64,000 nt of DNA from an uncultured Alphaproteobacteria bacterium (GTDB taxonomy: Bacteria; Pseudomonadota; Alphaproteobacteria; HIMB59): contig CACIBB010000005.1 of assembly GCA_902584795.1 (NCBI GenBank), positions 19,959 through 83,958 of the forward strand, written 5' to 3'. Shown in pieces: positions 43,050 to 52,171 of this stretch. The notes under the pieces are model-generated. The model saw only the letters and a list, made by a program, of their open reading frames with translations, did no database searches and had not been told where the DNA came from. The translations under genes were made by a program, and so were the position numbers. Numbering within the stretch: the first letter of the stretch is position 1; every line of letters begins with the position of its first letter.

Positions 43050-44154
43050 CCAAATGACTTTTAAAATTATTCTTTTCAAACCTTAAAAGATGATCACTAA
43101 ATTGCAATTTAAGTTTTTTTGCACTATTGCTAATTTTATCAAGGAAATTAATACTTATTTTAATACTTTTTTGTTCATTTTCGGATATTTGACCAACATA
43201 GGTGATAGCATTCCATAATCCAAGAGAGTTCATCGGTGAAAATTTTTTCTTAGAGGATAACGATAGGTTTATAAATGAAAATAAAAATGAAGATGCGGAT
43301 ACTTTAAATTTTTTTCTAAAATGAGGTATTTTTTTATTCAGGCTTTCTACAAATTTTTTGGGATCACTAAATTGATAGGGATTAATCTTTGGAAAGAATA
43401 ATTTGAGAAGCTTTTTTGAAAAATCATTTCCAGATGAATAAATAAAAAATAGCTGACCTTTTATATCTAACATTTTTAATAATGGAATAAGTACTAGATT
43501 AAGTGTTCTGTCGTAAGGAGATCTTAGCCTGAAAGCTTGAGATGCAATTATATAGTCGTAAAACTTTGGAATACTCTCTAACTTACTTGGTATCAAATGC
43601 TTTAATGCAATTTTTTGATCCCTCCTGTAAATAACCATCAGTGTCTTTTGCCTCGGTCTCAATATGGTTGAAGAAGTATCTTCTTTTATATCCCAATTTT
43701 TTCTTATAACCTCACCCATATTCATGAGTTGCTGATTGAAACTAAAACTTGAATTTCCAACTAATTCTTTTTTTATTAACTTACAATCCGTGAAACGATT
43801 ATCATTAATTTCTCTGTAGGATGCATTAGTTATACAGAAAACTAAATTCTTATGTTCAAAAAATCTATAACCAAGATAATTTAGAAGACTGTTAATATCA
43901 TCGATACTAATTTCTTTTCCAACAACTATAATTGGATCTTCAGGAAATTTGTCATGAACAGCCGATAGCAATGTGCAGATGACTGATCCATCTCCTGTCC
44001 CAGCATCAAAAATTCTAAACGCATCCTTAGTAATTTTAGAATTTTTTAAATACTTCGCTAATTGAAAAGCTATTCGACTTTTTTCGTTGGTAGAATTTAC
44101 AAATGATAAATATTTATCTCTTGAATCAAAAAAATCTGACTTTTTTGCCCCCAC
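43042..44154 (-). CDS. class I SAM-dependent methyltransferase-like protein, unknown function
   Basis: Motif I-like 'IFDAGTGDG' followed by 'VVGKEIS'. Confidence 0.6.
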   Translation of the reverse strand: MGAKKSDFFDSRDKYLSFVNSTNEKSRIAFQLAKYLKNSKITKDAFRIFDAGTGDGSVICTLLSAVHDKFPEDPIIVVGKEISIDDINSLLNYLGYRFFEHKNLVFCITNASYREINDNRFTDCKLIKKELVGNSSFSFNQQLMNMGEVIRKNWDIKEDTSSTILRPRQKTLMVIYRRDQKIALKHLIPSKLESIPKFYDYIIASQAFRLRSPYDRTLNLVLIPLLKMLDIKGQLFFIYSSGNDFSKKLLKLFFPKINPYQFSDPKKFVESLNKKIPHFRKKFKVSASSFLFSFINLSLSSKKKFSPMNSLGLWNAITYVGQISENEQKSIKISINFLDKISNSAKKLKLQFSDHLLRFEKNNFKSHLDE

Positions 44155-44230
44155 CTTATTTCTCCTAGTTTTTTTTTAAACTAGAAATGCATTGATTACC
44201 ATAATAGAGTTAACTGGTTAAATTATAAAT

Positions 44231-44323
44231 ATGACTTTAGAAACCTCGCTTTTATTGGGTATATTTGGCGCAGTTTTAGCAATAGCGATAATGGTTTTTG
44301 ATATTTACAAAAGAAACAAATAA
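44231..44323 (+). CDS. 30-aa single-pass membrane protein (not in ORF track)
   Basis: MTLETSLLLGIFGAVLAIAIMVFDIYKRNK*: hydrophobic helix plus basic tail; fills an otherwise empty gap. Confidence 0.6.
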   Translation: MTLETSLLLGIFGAVLAIAIMVFDIYKRNK

Positions 44324-44358
44324 TCTAACTCAAGTAACATTTATTATAATAATAAGAC

Positions 44359-45393
44359 ATGACCAATATTATTAAATCAGGCGGAAGCCACGAAACAGAC
44401 GTTGTTATTATCGGTGCTGGTCCATGTGGTCTGTTTCAAGTCTTTGAATTGGGTCTTTTAGATATGAAGGCTCATTTAATCGACAACCTTGATAAAATAG
44501 GAGGGCAGTGCGCAGAATTATATCCTGATAAAAATTTATATGATATTCCAAGTAGGCCTGCTATTACAGGCCAAGAACTAACCGATGATTTAATAAAACA
44601 AGCTGAGCCTTTCAATCCCTCTTATCATCTCAATCAATTAACCTCTAAAATATCTTTAAATGATAATGATATTTTAGTTGAAACCGATAAGGGCACATCC
44701 ATTAAATGCAAATCTTTAGTGATTGCAGCGGGCGCTGGTAGTTTTGTTCCAAGAAAGCTTCCTGCAGAGGGCTCTCAGGAGCTAGAAAATAAAAATATTT
44801 TTTACTCTGTTAAAAAAAGATCTGATTTTCAAGATAAGAATATTTTAATAATTGGCGGTGGTGACTCTGCGCTTGATTATGTTATGGGATTTCATGGAAT
44901 AGCCAAAAAAGTTTCTTTGGTCCACAGAAGAAAAGAATTTAAAGGAGTTCAAGACTCTGTAAATAAAGTTATGTCTTTAGTTGATAAAGGCGATGTAAAC
45001 TTCAACATGGGAAGTTTAAAAAAGGTTGAAAAAAATGATAACGGTAAAGTCTCAGTGACACTTGATGATGAGACAACACTAAGTGATATTGACGCAATTT
45101 TTCCGTTTTTTGGATTAAAAATAGAGTTAGGCCCAATAGCAGATTGGGGCTTAAATTTAGAAAAAAATTTAATATCAGTTAATACTGAGAATTTTGAAAC
45201 TTCTGTTCCAAGAGTTTTTGCTGTTGGAGATATTTGTATTTACCCTGGTAAATTAAAGTTAATTTTAAGTGGCTTTCATGAAGCAGCTCTTGCAGCAAAA
45301 AAAATGTTTGAATATTGCCATAGTGATAAAAAATATGTGTTTAGATACACTACCTCTTCTAGTGACTTACAAAAAAAACTTGGCGTAAAATAA
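44359..45393 (+). CDS. ferredoxin--NADP reductase, TrxB-like (YumC type)
   Basis: 'IGAGPCG', 'GGQCAELYPDK', 'GGGDSA', 'YPGKLKLILSGFHEA'; no CxxC. Confidence 0.88.
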   Translation: MTNIIKSGGSHETDVVIIGAGPCGLFQVFELGLLDMKAHLIDNLDKIGGQCAELYPDKNLYDIPSRPAITGQELTDDLIKQAEPFNPSYHLNQLTSKISLNDNDILVETDKGTSIKCKSLVIAAGAGSFVPRKLPAEGSQELENKNIFYSVKKRSDFQDKNILIIGGGDSALDYVMGFHGIAKKVSLVHRRKEFKGVQDSVNKVMSLVDKGDVNFNMGSLKKVEKNDNGKVSVTLDDETTLSDIDAIFPFFGLKIELGPIADWGLNLEKNLISVNTENFETSVPRVFAVGDICIYPGKLKLILSGFHEAALAAKKMFEYCHSDKKYVFRYTTSSSDLQKKLGVK

Positions 45394-46488
45394 CTAAGAT
45401 AAATGCTTATAAACAGTCGTTCTCGAGATATTTAAAGTTCTTGAAACACTGCTAACTTTTTCGCCAGTTTGCTTATATGTTTTTTGAATAAGGATACACT
45501 GCTTTTCTTTAATTGCAGATCCTTCGCAATTAACACAAGGCTTATATGGCTGTTTTAAATTATTATTTACCATATTATAATTTGATACTTGTCTTTGAAA
45601 TAGCTTAATAAAAAGACTTGAGCCCAACCAATCTTTTACTTTTAAAACTTTATCTAAATTTAAATCATAAGCAATTTTATGATAAGGAGTAGTAAAGATA
45701 TTAAAAAAATCATTAGTTGTATCTTTAAAAATACCACTTAGCATAACTCTTGCGTTAGAATTTACTCCTTCTATTTCTCCATCATCATTAACAGCAATCA
45801 AACCTATACTATTTGTATTAAGGTATTCGCTTCTTGGGTGAAAAGAGTAAATGTTAGTGTGCTGAAATGAATTTAAAAATAATTTCTGTTCTACAGATTT
45901 TGCAGATAGTTTAACAAGAGCCAAAGTATGATCTTGTCTAGATGATGTGTCAGTTGAAGCGTCTATAATACCAACAATATTTTGGTTATGGTCAAAAATT
46001 GGACTTGCAAAACAGGAAAGGTGACAATGTTCATTAAAAAAATGTTCACCTCCAGCAACTATTGACGCAGACTTTGTTTTAAGTGTTAATCCTAATCCAT
46101 TCGTTCCTCTATACTCTTCTTTCCAAACTGAGCCGGGTATAACAACCTTTCTTGCTTTACTATTATAAAATTCATTATCATAGAGTGTGTCGAGAACAAC
46201 TCCCTCGTTGTTCGCAAAAGCAACCATAAAGTTTGTTCCAGCAATTTGAGAATGAAGAAGTTCTAATTCTGGTAAAATAAAACCTCTGATATCATTATAC
46301 TCATCTTGGAGTTCATTTAATTTTGATGCACTTATTACACTTTCAATAGAGTTTCTCTCAGGACTTAAACCATTTTCAAAACATCTTATCCAACTATCAA
46401 CAATTTTTTTATCTGTAAAATTTAAGGATATGTTTCTATCCTTTTCCAAAAGACGAGTCCTTTCAATTAACTGTCTGTAAGATTGCAT
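45394..46488 (-). CDS. AcoR-like GAF/PAS-Fis-HTH regulator lacking the sigma54 AAA+ domain
   Basis: 'SWIRC', 'WKEEYRGTNGLG', 'HLSCFASPIFD', terminal HTH 'VSRTLNISRTTVYKHL'; no Walker A or GAFTGA. Confidence 0.85.
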   Translation of the reverse strand: MQSYRQLIERTRLLEKDRNISLNFTDKKIVDSWIRCFENGLSPERNSIESVISASKLNELQDEYNDIRGFILPELELLHSQIAGTNFMVAFANNEGVVLDTLYDNEFYNSKARKVVIPGSVWKEEYRGTNGLGLTLKTKSASIVAGGEHFFNEHCHLSCFASPIFDHNQNIVGIIDASTDTSSRQDHTLALVKLSAKSVEQKLFLNSFQHTNIYSFHPRSEYLNTNSIGLIAVNDDGEIEGVNSNARVMLSGIFKDTTNDFFNIFTTPYHKIAYDLNLDKVLKVKDWLGSSLFIKLFQRQVSNYNMVNNNLKQPYKPCVNCEGSAIKEKQCILIQKTYKQTGEKVSSVSRTLNISRTTVYKHLS

Positions 46489-46531
46489 TTTTGAAAATTA
46501 GCAATTTCATAAAATTATTACAACTTCTAAG

Positions 46532-46552
46532 ATTGTTCAAAAAATGAACAAT
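46532..46552. promoter_or_regulatory. palindromic operator
   Basis: ATTGTTCA-AAAAA-TGAACAAT between the regulator and the ADH; weaker copy at 46582-46600. Confidence 0.65.
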
Positions 46553-46651
46553 TTTTTGATTTTTTTCTGTTAAACAAGAGTATGCATCAATTTTGAACAT
46601 TGGATCTATGGACTTTTTATAGTTAAATAAATGTAATTTTGGGAGGAATTT

Positions 46652-47713
46652 ATGAAAGCACAAGTATTACATAGCTATGACCCTGAGATGAAACAGGATG
46701 TTTGGGTAAAGGAAGAAGAAGTTCCAAACCCAAAACTTGAAAAGGCATCTGACGTCATTGTTAAAATTGGAGCAGCAGGCGTCTGCAGAACAGATTTACA
46801 TGTCATCGAAGGTGAGTGGAGACATATCCAGGACCCTGATGATAAACTTTTACCATGTGTAATGGGTCACGAAAATGCTGGATGGATTGAGGAAGTTGGA
46901 AGTGATGTAGAGGGATTTAAAAAAGGTGACTCAGTTATTCTCCATCCAATTATCTCTGGAACCAATGGCACTTGTTTAAGTTGTAGAAAAGGTTTAGACA
47001 CTCACGCCGAGAACGGAATTTTTCCAGGATTAAATGTTAAAGAAGGTGGATACTCTGAATTATTAAAAACAAGTGTTAGAAATCTTATCAAGATTCCGAA
47101 CACATTAACCCCTAAGGATGTTGCACCATTTTCTGATGCGGGTTTAACCGCATATCGTGTTGCAAAAAAAGCAACAAGACATCTTTTACCAGGTGAGAAC
47201 TGTGTAGTAATAGGTGCAGGTGGTTTGGGTCACATAGCTATCCAATGTTTAAAAGCAATGTGTGCTGCAAATATAATTATTGTAGAAAAATCTGAAACTG
47301 CACTTAAGCATGCTATGCCTCTTGGTGGAGATCATGGTGTTTTAATTGATGGCAATGAAGTAGAGAGAGTTATGGAGTTAACCAAAGGTCTTGGTGCTGA
47401 GGCAGTCATCGATATGGTGGGAGAAAAAGGTTCAACTTCAATGGGTCTTAGTATGACAAAAAACACTGGGTCTTATTATATAGTTGGTTACGGAGAAGAT
47501 ATTAAAATCAAATCCGTTGATATGATTATTTCTGAGAGAAATATCATAGGAAATTTAATTGGTACATGGTCAGAACTTTATGAGCTAATGGAATTAGCGA
47601 ATAAAGACCTAGTAAGGTTATCCATGCAGGAGTACAAGCTTAGCGAAGCCAATAAAGCTCTACATGATCTTAATAACGGTCTTGTGAAAGGAAGAGCGGT
47701 TTTAGTACCATAA
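46652..47713 (+). CDS. Zn-dependent (MDR) alcohol dehydrogenase
   Basis: 'GVCRTDLH', 'GHENAG', 'SDAGLTAY', 'GAGGLG'. Confidence 0.92.
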   Translation: MKAQVLHSYDPEMKQDVWVKEEEVPNPKLEKASDVIVKIGAAGVCRTDLHVIEGEWRHIQDPDDKLLPCVMGHENAGWIEEVGSDVEGFKKGDSVILHPIISGTNGTCLSCRKGLDTHAENGIFPGLNVKEGGYSELLKTSVRNLIKIPNTLTPKDVAPFSDAGLTAYRVAKKATRHLLPGENCVVIGAGGLGHIAIQCLKAMCAANIIIVEKSETALKHAMPLGGDHGVLIDGNEVERVMELTKGLGAEAVIDMVGEKGSTSMGLSMTKNTGSYYIVGYGEDIKIKSVDMIISERNIIGNLIGTWSELYELMELANKDLVRLSMQEYKLSEANKALHDLNNGLVKGRAVLVP

Positions 47714-47772
47714 AAAGTTTGTTATCAGATTTAGTTCTGAGCAAAAAACGAAGTATTAAGGGAGGGAAATAT

Positions 47773-49299
47773 ATGAAACTTAAAACTTTGATAAGCGCCT
47801 TGGCGTCTGTCCTCTTGATAGGCAGCCAAGTTGCACATGCAGACAAGTGGGGAGATCAATTTCCACACATTGCTGCTACAGGAGATATTCCTGGAATGTG
47901 TTCTTATGAGTCTATGTCTCAAAAAGACTATAGTGGAAGAACACTTACTATAAATACACACGCTATCCCTGTTATGGGAGAGCCAACCGCTCTTCACGCT
48001 GAGCAGTTTGAAAAATTAACAGGTGCTAAAGTAGAAGTAACACATACTCCTGCTGGTGACCTTTACTCAAAGGCAATGGTTCCTTTCCAAGCTGGTCAGG
48101 CTCCATATGATATCGTCTTTGGTTTTTCAAACTTTATCAATGACTGGAAAAGATATTTAGCGCCTGTGCCACAAGAATATGTGGACCAAATGGATGGTGT
48201 ATCAGCCTCACACAAGGCTATCGCTTCATGGGACGGTGTTATGTATCAGTATCCTGTTGATGGTGACAGACACTATTTAAAATATAGAAAAGACGTCATC
48301 GATAATCCTGAGATGCAAGCTAAGTATAAAGCTGATACAGGTAAGGAATTAAAAGTTCCAACAACTTGGAAAGAGTACGGAGAAATGGCTTCTTACTTTA
48401 ATGGTTGGGACTGGGATGGTGACGGAGAACTAGAATATGGTTCTGCTGAGGTTATGAAAAAAGATGACCTTATGTACGCTGCTTTCTATTCTCGTTCAGT
48501 TGCTTACGCCAAAAATGAGAGCACCCCAGGAGGTTTCTTCTTTGATTTAGAAACTATGGAACCACTAATTAATAACCCTGGATTTGTTGAAGCTCTCACA
48601 GATTGGGTTGATGCAGTTAACTATGTACCACCTGGAGGAATTAATTTTGGTCTAGGAGATGAAATTAACTCTTTTGGTGGAGGCCAGACCTTATTTAGTT
48701 TCTCATGGGACGATGCTTTTGTAGCAGCAATGCAACCAGATAGTCCAATTGCAAACCAAGTAGGTGCCGCACAACTTCCTGGTGCCGAAAAAGTTTGGAA
48801 CAGAGGGATGGGTGCCTGGGAAGCAAGATACAATCAAGCTCCTTTCTTCGTATGGGGATGGGCAGTTGGTGTTGCAGGAAAGTCAGAAAATAAAGATGTC
48901 GCTTTTGATTATCTTTGCTTCTTTGCAAATGGTGCTAATCACCAAGCAGATATCGGAATTGGTCGATTTGGTGTGAACCCATTTATGGAAGAGGACTTTA
49001 AAGCTGATGTTTGGACACAAATTGGTTGGGACTCAGACATTGCTCAATCATACGTCGACACACTTGCTGATATGGAAAAAAGTACTAACAGAGTATTTCC
49101 ATTAAGAGTTCCTGGTACTTTTGAGTTCAACAGTGCATTAGCAACTGGAACGGCAAAAGCTTTAGCAGGACAATTATCTCCTCAAGAGGCACTTGACGAA
49201 GTTTATGCTGAGTGGGTATCAATCCTCGATAGAGTTGGTGCTGATAACGTTAGAGATGCATACGCTGTTGGTGTCAAAATGGAAGATAACGAATTATAA
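47773..49299 (+). CDS. ABC transporter solute-binding protein (sugar/polyol)
   Basis: SD GGAGG then MKLKT signal peptide; 'YRKD', 'VPTTWKEY'; start moved to 47773. Confidence 0.88.
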   Translation: MKLKTLISALASVLLIGSQVAHADKWGDQFPHIAATGDIPGMCSYESMSQKDYSGRTLTINTHAIPVMGEPTALHAEQFEKLTGAKVEVTHTPAGDLYSKAMVPFQAGQAPYDIVFGFSNFINDWKRYLAPVPQEYVDQMDGVSASHKAIASWDGVMYQYPVDGDRHYLKYRKDVIDNPEMQAKYKADTGKELKVPTTWKEYGEMASYFNGWDWDGDGELEYGSAEVMKKDDLMYAAFYSRSVAYAKNESTPGGFFFDLETMEPLINNPGFVEALTDWVDAVNYVPPGGINFGLGDEINSFGGGQTLFSFSWDDAFVAAMQPDSPIANQVGAAQLPGAEKVWNRGMGAWEARYNQAPFFVWGWAVGVAGKSENKDVAFDYLCFFANGANHQADIGIGRFGVNPFMEEDFKADVWTQIGWDSDIAQSYVDTLADMEKSTNRVFPLRVPGTFEFNSALATGTAKALAGQLSPQEALDEVYAEWVSILDRVGADNVRDAYAVGVKMEDNEL

Positions 49300-49321
49300 A
49301 TTATTAATTTGATTTAACTTA

Positions 49322-49349
49322 GTGATCGCTCATAATACTGAGCGATCAC
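49322..49349 (+). terminator. stem-loop after SBP gene (mRNA stabiliser or weak terminator)
   Basis: GTGATCGCTCA-TAATAC-TGAGCGATCAC; no U tract follows. Confidence 0.6.
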
Positions 49350-49384
49350 CCCAAAGATTAATTTTATAAAATATTTATTACTGA

Positions 49385-50248
49385 ATGAACTTTAAACATA
49401 AATATGTATTTTTACTTCCCGGTTTAATAGTTTTAATTGGTATACTAATTTTTCCAATAATTTTTACTGTAAGGTTAAGTTTATCAGGATGGAATAGTTT
49501 TAATCCCGGATTAGATTTTATAGGTCTTAAAAATTATATTCGATTATTTACTGATGACCCTCGTTTTTGGCAGTCTTTTTTTAGATTAAGTTTTTTAGCA
49601 ATAACTACGGTTTTTCTTCAATATATAATTGGGTTTGCTTTGGCCCACATGGTCTGGAAGGATATTAAGTTTAAAAGATTTTTTAGAGTTTTGTTTCTCA
49701 TTCCTATGATGACAACTCCAGTAATTATGACTGTTATTTGGAGAACTTTTTTTCATGAATCCTTGGGACCTTTAAATGATTTTCTGAGTATTTTTGGAGT
49801 ACAACCCCCATGGTTATCTAGCCCTGGTTTAGCAAAAGTCTCCATTATCGTAGTAGAAGTTTGGCAGTGGACATCGTTTATGTTTCTATTGATGTTGGCT
49901 GGACTTTTAAGTTTACCTAAAGAACCTTTTTTAGCTGCAGCTGTTGACGGCGCCTCCCCTTTTAAAAAATTTATATATGTCACTTTTCCCCTGATGGCGC
50001 CCATATCTATAGGAGCTATAATAATAAGACTTATTGAGGCTTCTAAAATTATGGATACAGTTTTTGTTTTGACCAGCGGAGGCCCAGGTACATCCACGGA
50101 AACATCAAGCTTTTTCATTTTCATAAAAGGTCTTCGAGAATTCCAAATGGGGTACGCCGCAACCGCATCTTTTACTTACCTTATTATCATGATCATAAGC
50201 TTGACAATTATTGTTAAAGTTTTAACGAAGGTTTTGATGAGGGAATAA
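49385..50248 (+). CDS. CUT1 ABC permease
   Basis: TM helices, 'EVWQWT', 'AAAVDGA', 'TSGGPG'. Confidence 0.92.
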   Translation: MNFKHKYVFLLPGLIVLIGILIFPIIFTVRLSLSGWNSFNPGLDFIGLKNYIRLFTDDPRFWQSFFRLSFLAITTVFLQYIIGFALAHMVWKDIKFKRFFRVLFLIPMMTTPVIMTVIWRTFFHESLGPLNDFLSIFGVQPPWLSSPGLAKVSIIVVEVWQWTSFMFLLMLAGLLSLPKEPFLAAAVDGASPFKKFIYVTFPLMAPISIGAIIIRLIEASKIMDTVFVLTSGGPGTSTETSSFFIFIKGLREFQMGYAATASFTYLIIMIISLTIIVKVLTKVLMRE

Positions 50249-50249
50249 A

Positions 50250-51098
50250 ATGCCTAAGTTATATACATTTTTGAAATATTTTTTTGTTGTACTATGGGCT
50301 TGCTTTGTCATTGCTCCTTTTCTATGGGCCATATCAACTTCTTTTAAGGATTTCAATTCAGTTACAGGAGGAGCGACTTATATACCGTGGTTACAGTTTG
50401 AACCAACTTTAGATGGATGGAGTGTTTTATTTAAACCTGGTTCTCAAGGTGGCATAAATATTATTGGACCATATTTTAATAGTATTTTTGTTACATTAAC
50501 GGCGAGTTTGATCAGCATTGTCTTAGGCACATTAGCTGCTTATGCTTTATCTCGTTACACTTTCAAAGCTGGAATTGTAAAAAATAATGACATTACATTC
50601 TTTTTTATATCTCAAAGAATTATGCCTCCTGTTGTATTGTCAATTCCTTTTTTTATTTTCTTAAGTTCCTTAGGGCTTCTAGACAGTCTCGCTGGTTTAA
50701 TACTTGTTTATATTGTTTTATTAATGCCAATCGCTGTTTGGATTATGGTTGATTTTTTTAATCGTGTTCCCAGAGAAATTGATGAAACAGCTTTAATTGA
50801 TGGATGTAACCCATTCCAAGCTTTTTTTAAAGTGGTTCTCCCTAACTCAGTTCCAGGTATGTTAGTGGCAGGTTTGTTTTGTATTATATTTGGTTGGATT
50901 GATTTTTTCTTTGCCTTTATTTTAACTTTTACAAAAGTACAATTGCTTCCAGTCAAAATTGTAGCACTAAATTCTTCAATTACACCATGGTGGAGTTTAT
51001 CTGCAGCAGCACTTGTATCTGTTGCACCGTTAATAATAGTGGCGTTTATTGTAGAGCGTTATTTATCAAAGGGTAATTTATCTGGAGCTTTAAAATAA
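50250..51098 (+). CDS. CUT1 ABC permease
   Basis: 'EIDETALIDG' EAA loop. Confidence 0.92.
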   Translation: MPKLYTFLKYFFVVLWACFVIAPFLWAISTSFKDFNSVTGGATYIPWLQFEPTLDGWSVLFKPGSQGGINIIGPYFNSIFVTLTASLISIVLGTLAAYALSRYTFKAGIVKNNDITFFFISQRIMPPVVLSIPFFIFLSSLGLLDSLAGLILVYIVLLMPIAVWIMVDFFNRVPREIDETALIDGCNPFQAFFKVVLPNSVPGMLVAGLFCIIFGWIDFFFAFILTFTKVQLLPVKIVALNSSITPWWSLSAAALVSVAPLIIVAFIVERYLSKGNLSGALK

Positions 51099-52171
51099 TG
51101 TCTTTATTGCTTGACCATATTTCTTTTAAACCAACAGAGGAATACCATTTAAATGATATTAGTTTGAGATTTGACTCAGGAAAAATGTATACGATATTAG
51201 GTAGAACTTTATCAGGCAAAACTACACTTTTGAAAACTATTGCTGGTCTTCAAACACCTGACTCGGGATCTATAAATTTTGAAGATACAGATTTTTTGTC
51301 AATTCCTGTTTGGAAAAGAAATGTAGCGATGGTGTATCAGCAATTTATAAATTATCCGCATTTAAATGTCAGAGATAACATCGCTTTTCCACTAAAACAA
51401 AGGAAAATGGATGAAAATTTAATTGAAAAAGAAGTCAAAGTTGCGATGGAGAAAGTTGGTTTGATCGGTTTTGAGTCAAGAAAAATCCAAGAACTATCTG
51501 GTGGACAGCAACAAAGAGTTGCTCTCGCAAGATCTCTGGCAAAAAAAGCTAAAATACTTTTATTAGATGAACCTCTCGTTAACCTTGATTACAAATTAAG
51601 AGAGGGCCTTCGAGAGGAATTTAAAAAACTTTTCAATGTATCTGATGAGTCAAACTCAATTTTAATTTATGCTAGCACAGACCCTTTGGAGGCGATGCAA
51701 CTCAACGGTGATATTATTGTAATTGATGAAGGTAAAATACTTCAGACAGGTACAGCTAAAGATGTATTTGAAAATCCTGCAACTGCTAAAGTTGCTGAAA
51801 TTACTAATGACCCTGCAATGAATATCAATAAATGTCTTATACAAGATAATTCTTTGATAATGAATGATAGCGTTCAAATCCAAACCCCTGATGAACTCAA
51901 GTCTGTACCTAACGGAAAGTATTTAGTAGGCATTAGGGCTACAGATATATTTCTTGATGATCAAGGTTTTGCTTTTGACGTAGAAATTTCTGAAATATCA
52001 GGTTCAGAGACCTTTCTTCACTTACGTAATAAAAATTTAAAATGTGTTGCCACAATTGAAGAGGTAAAAACCTATAATACAAATGAGGTTGTAAAAATTA
52101 ATTTTGATAAATCAAAAATTTATTTATTTGAGGAGTCCGGGGAACTGCGACATTCTCCCTATCAACAATAA
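51098..52171 (+). CDS. ABC ATP-binding protein, GlpS-like
   Basis: 'GRTLSGKTT', 'MVYQQFINYP', 'DEPLVNLDYKLRE'; H-loop replaced ('YASTD'). Confidence 0.88.
   Translation: MSLLLDHISFKPTEEYHLNDISLRFDSGKMYTILGRTLSGKTTLLKTIAGLQTPDSGSINFEDTDFLSIPVWKRNVAMVYQQFINYPHLNVRDNIAFPLKQRKMDENLIEKEVKVAMEKVGLIGFESRKIQELSGGQQQRVALARSLAKKAKILLLDEPLVNLDYKLREGLREEFKKLFNVSDESNSILIYASTDPLEAMQLNGDIIVIDEGKILQTGTAKDVFENPATAKVAEITNDPAMNINKCLIQDNSLIMNDSVQIQTPDELKSVPNGKYLVGIRATDIFLDDQGFAFDVEISEISGSETFLHLRNKNLKCVATIEEVKTYNTNEVVKINFDKSKIYLFEESGELRHSPYQQ

Noticed and set aside
46489-46651. Sigma54 promoter for the ADH operon
   Set aside because: No GG-N10-GC element found.
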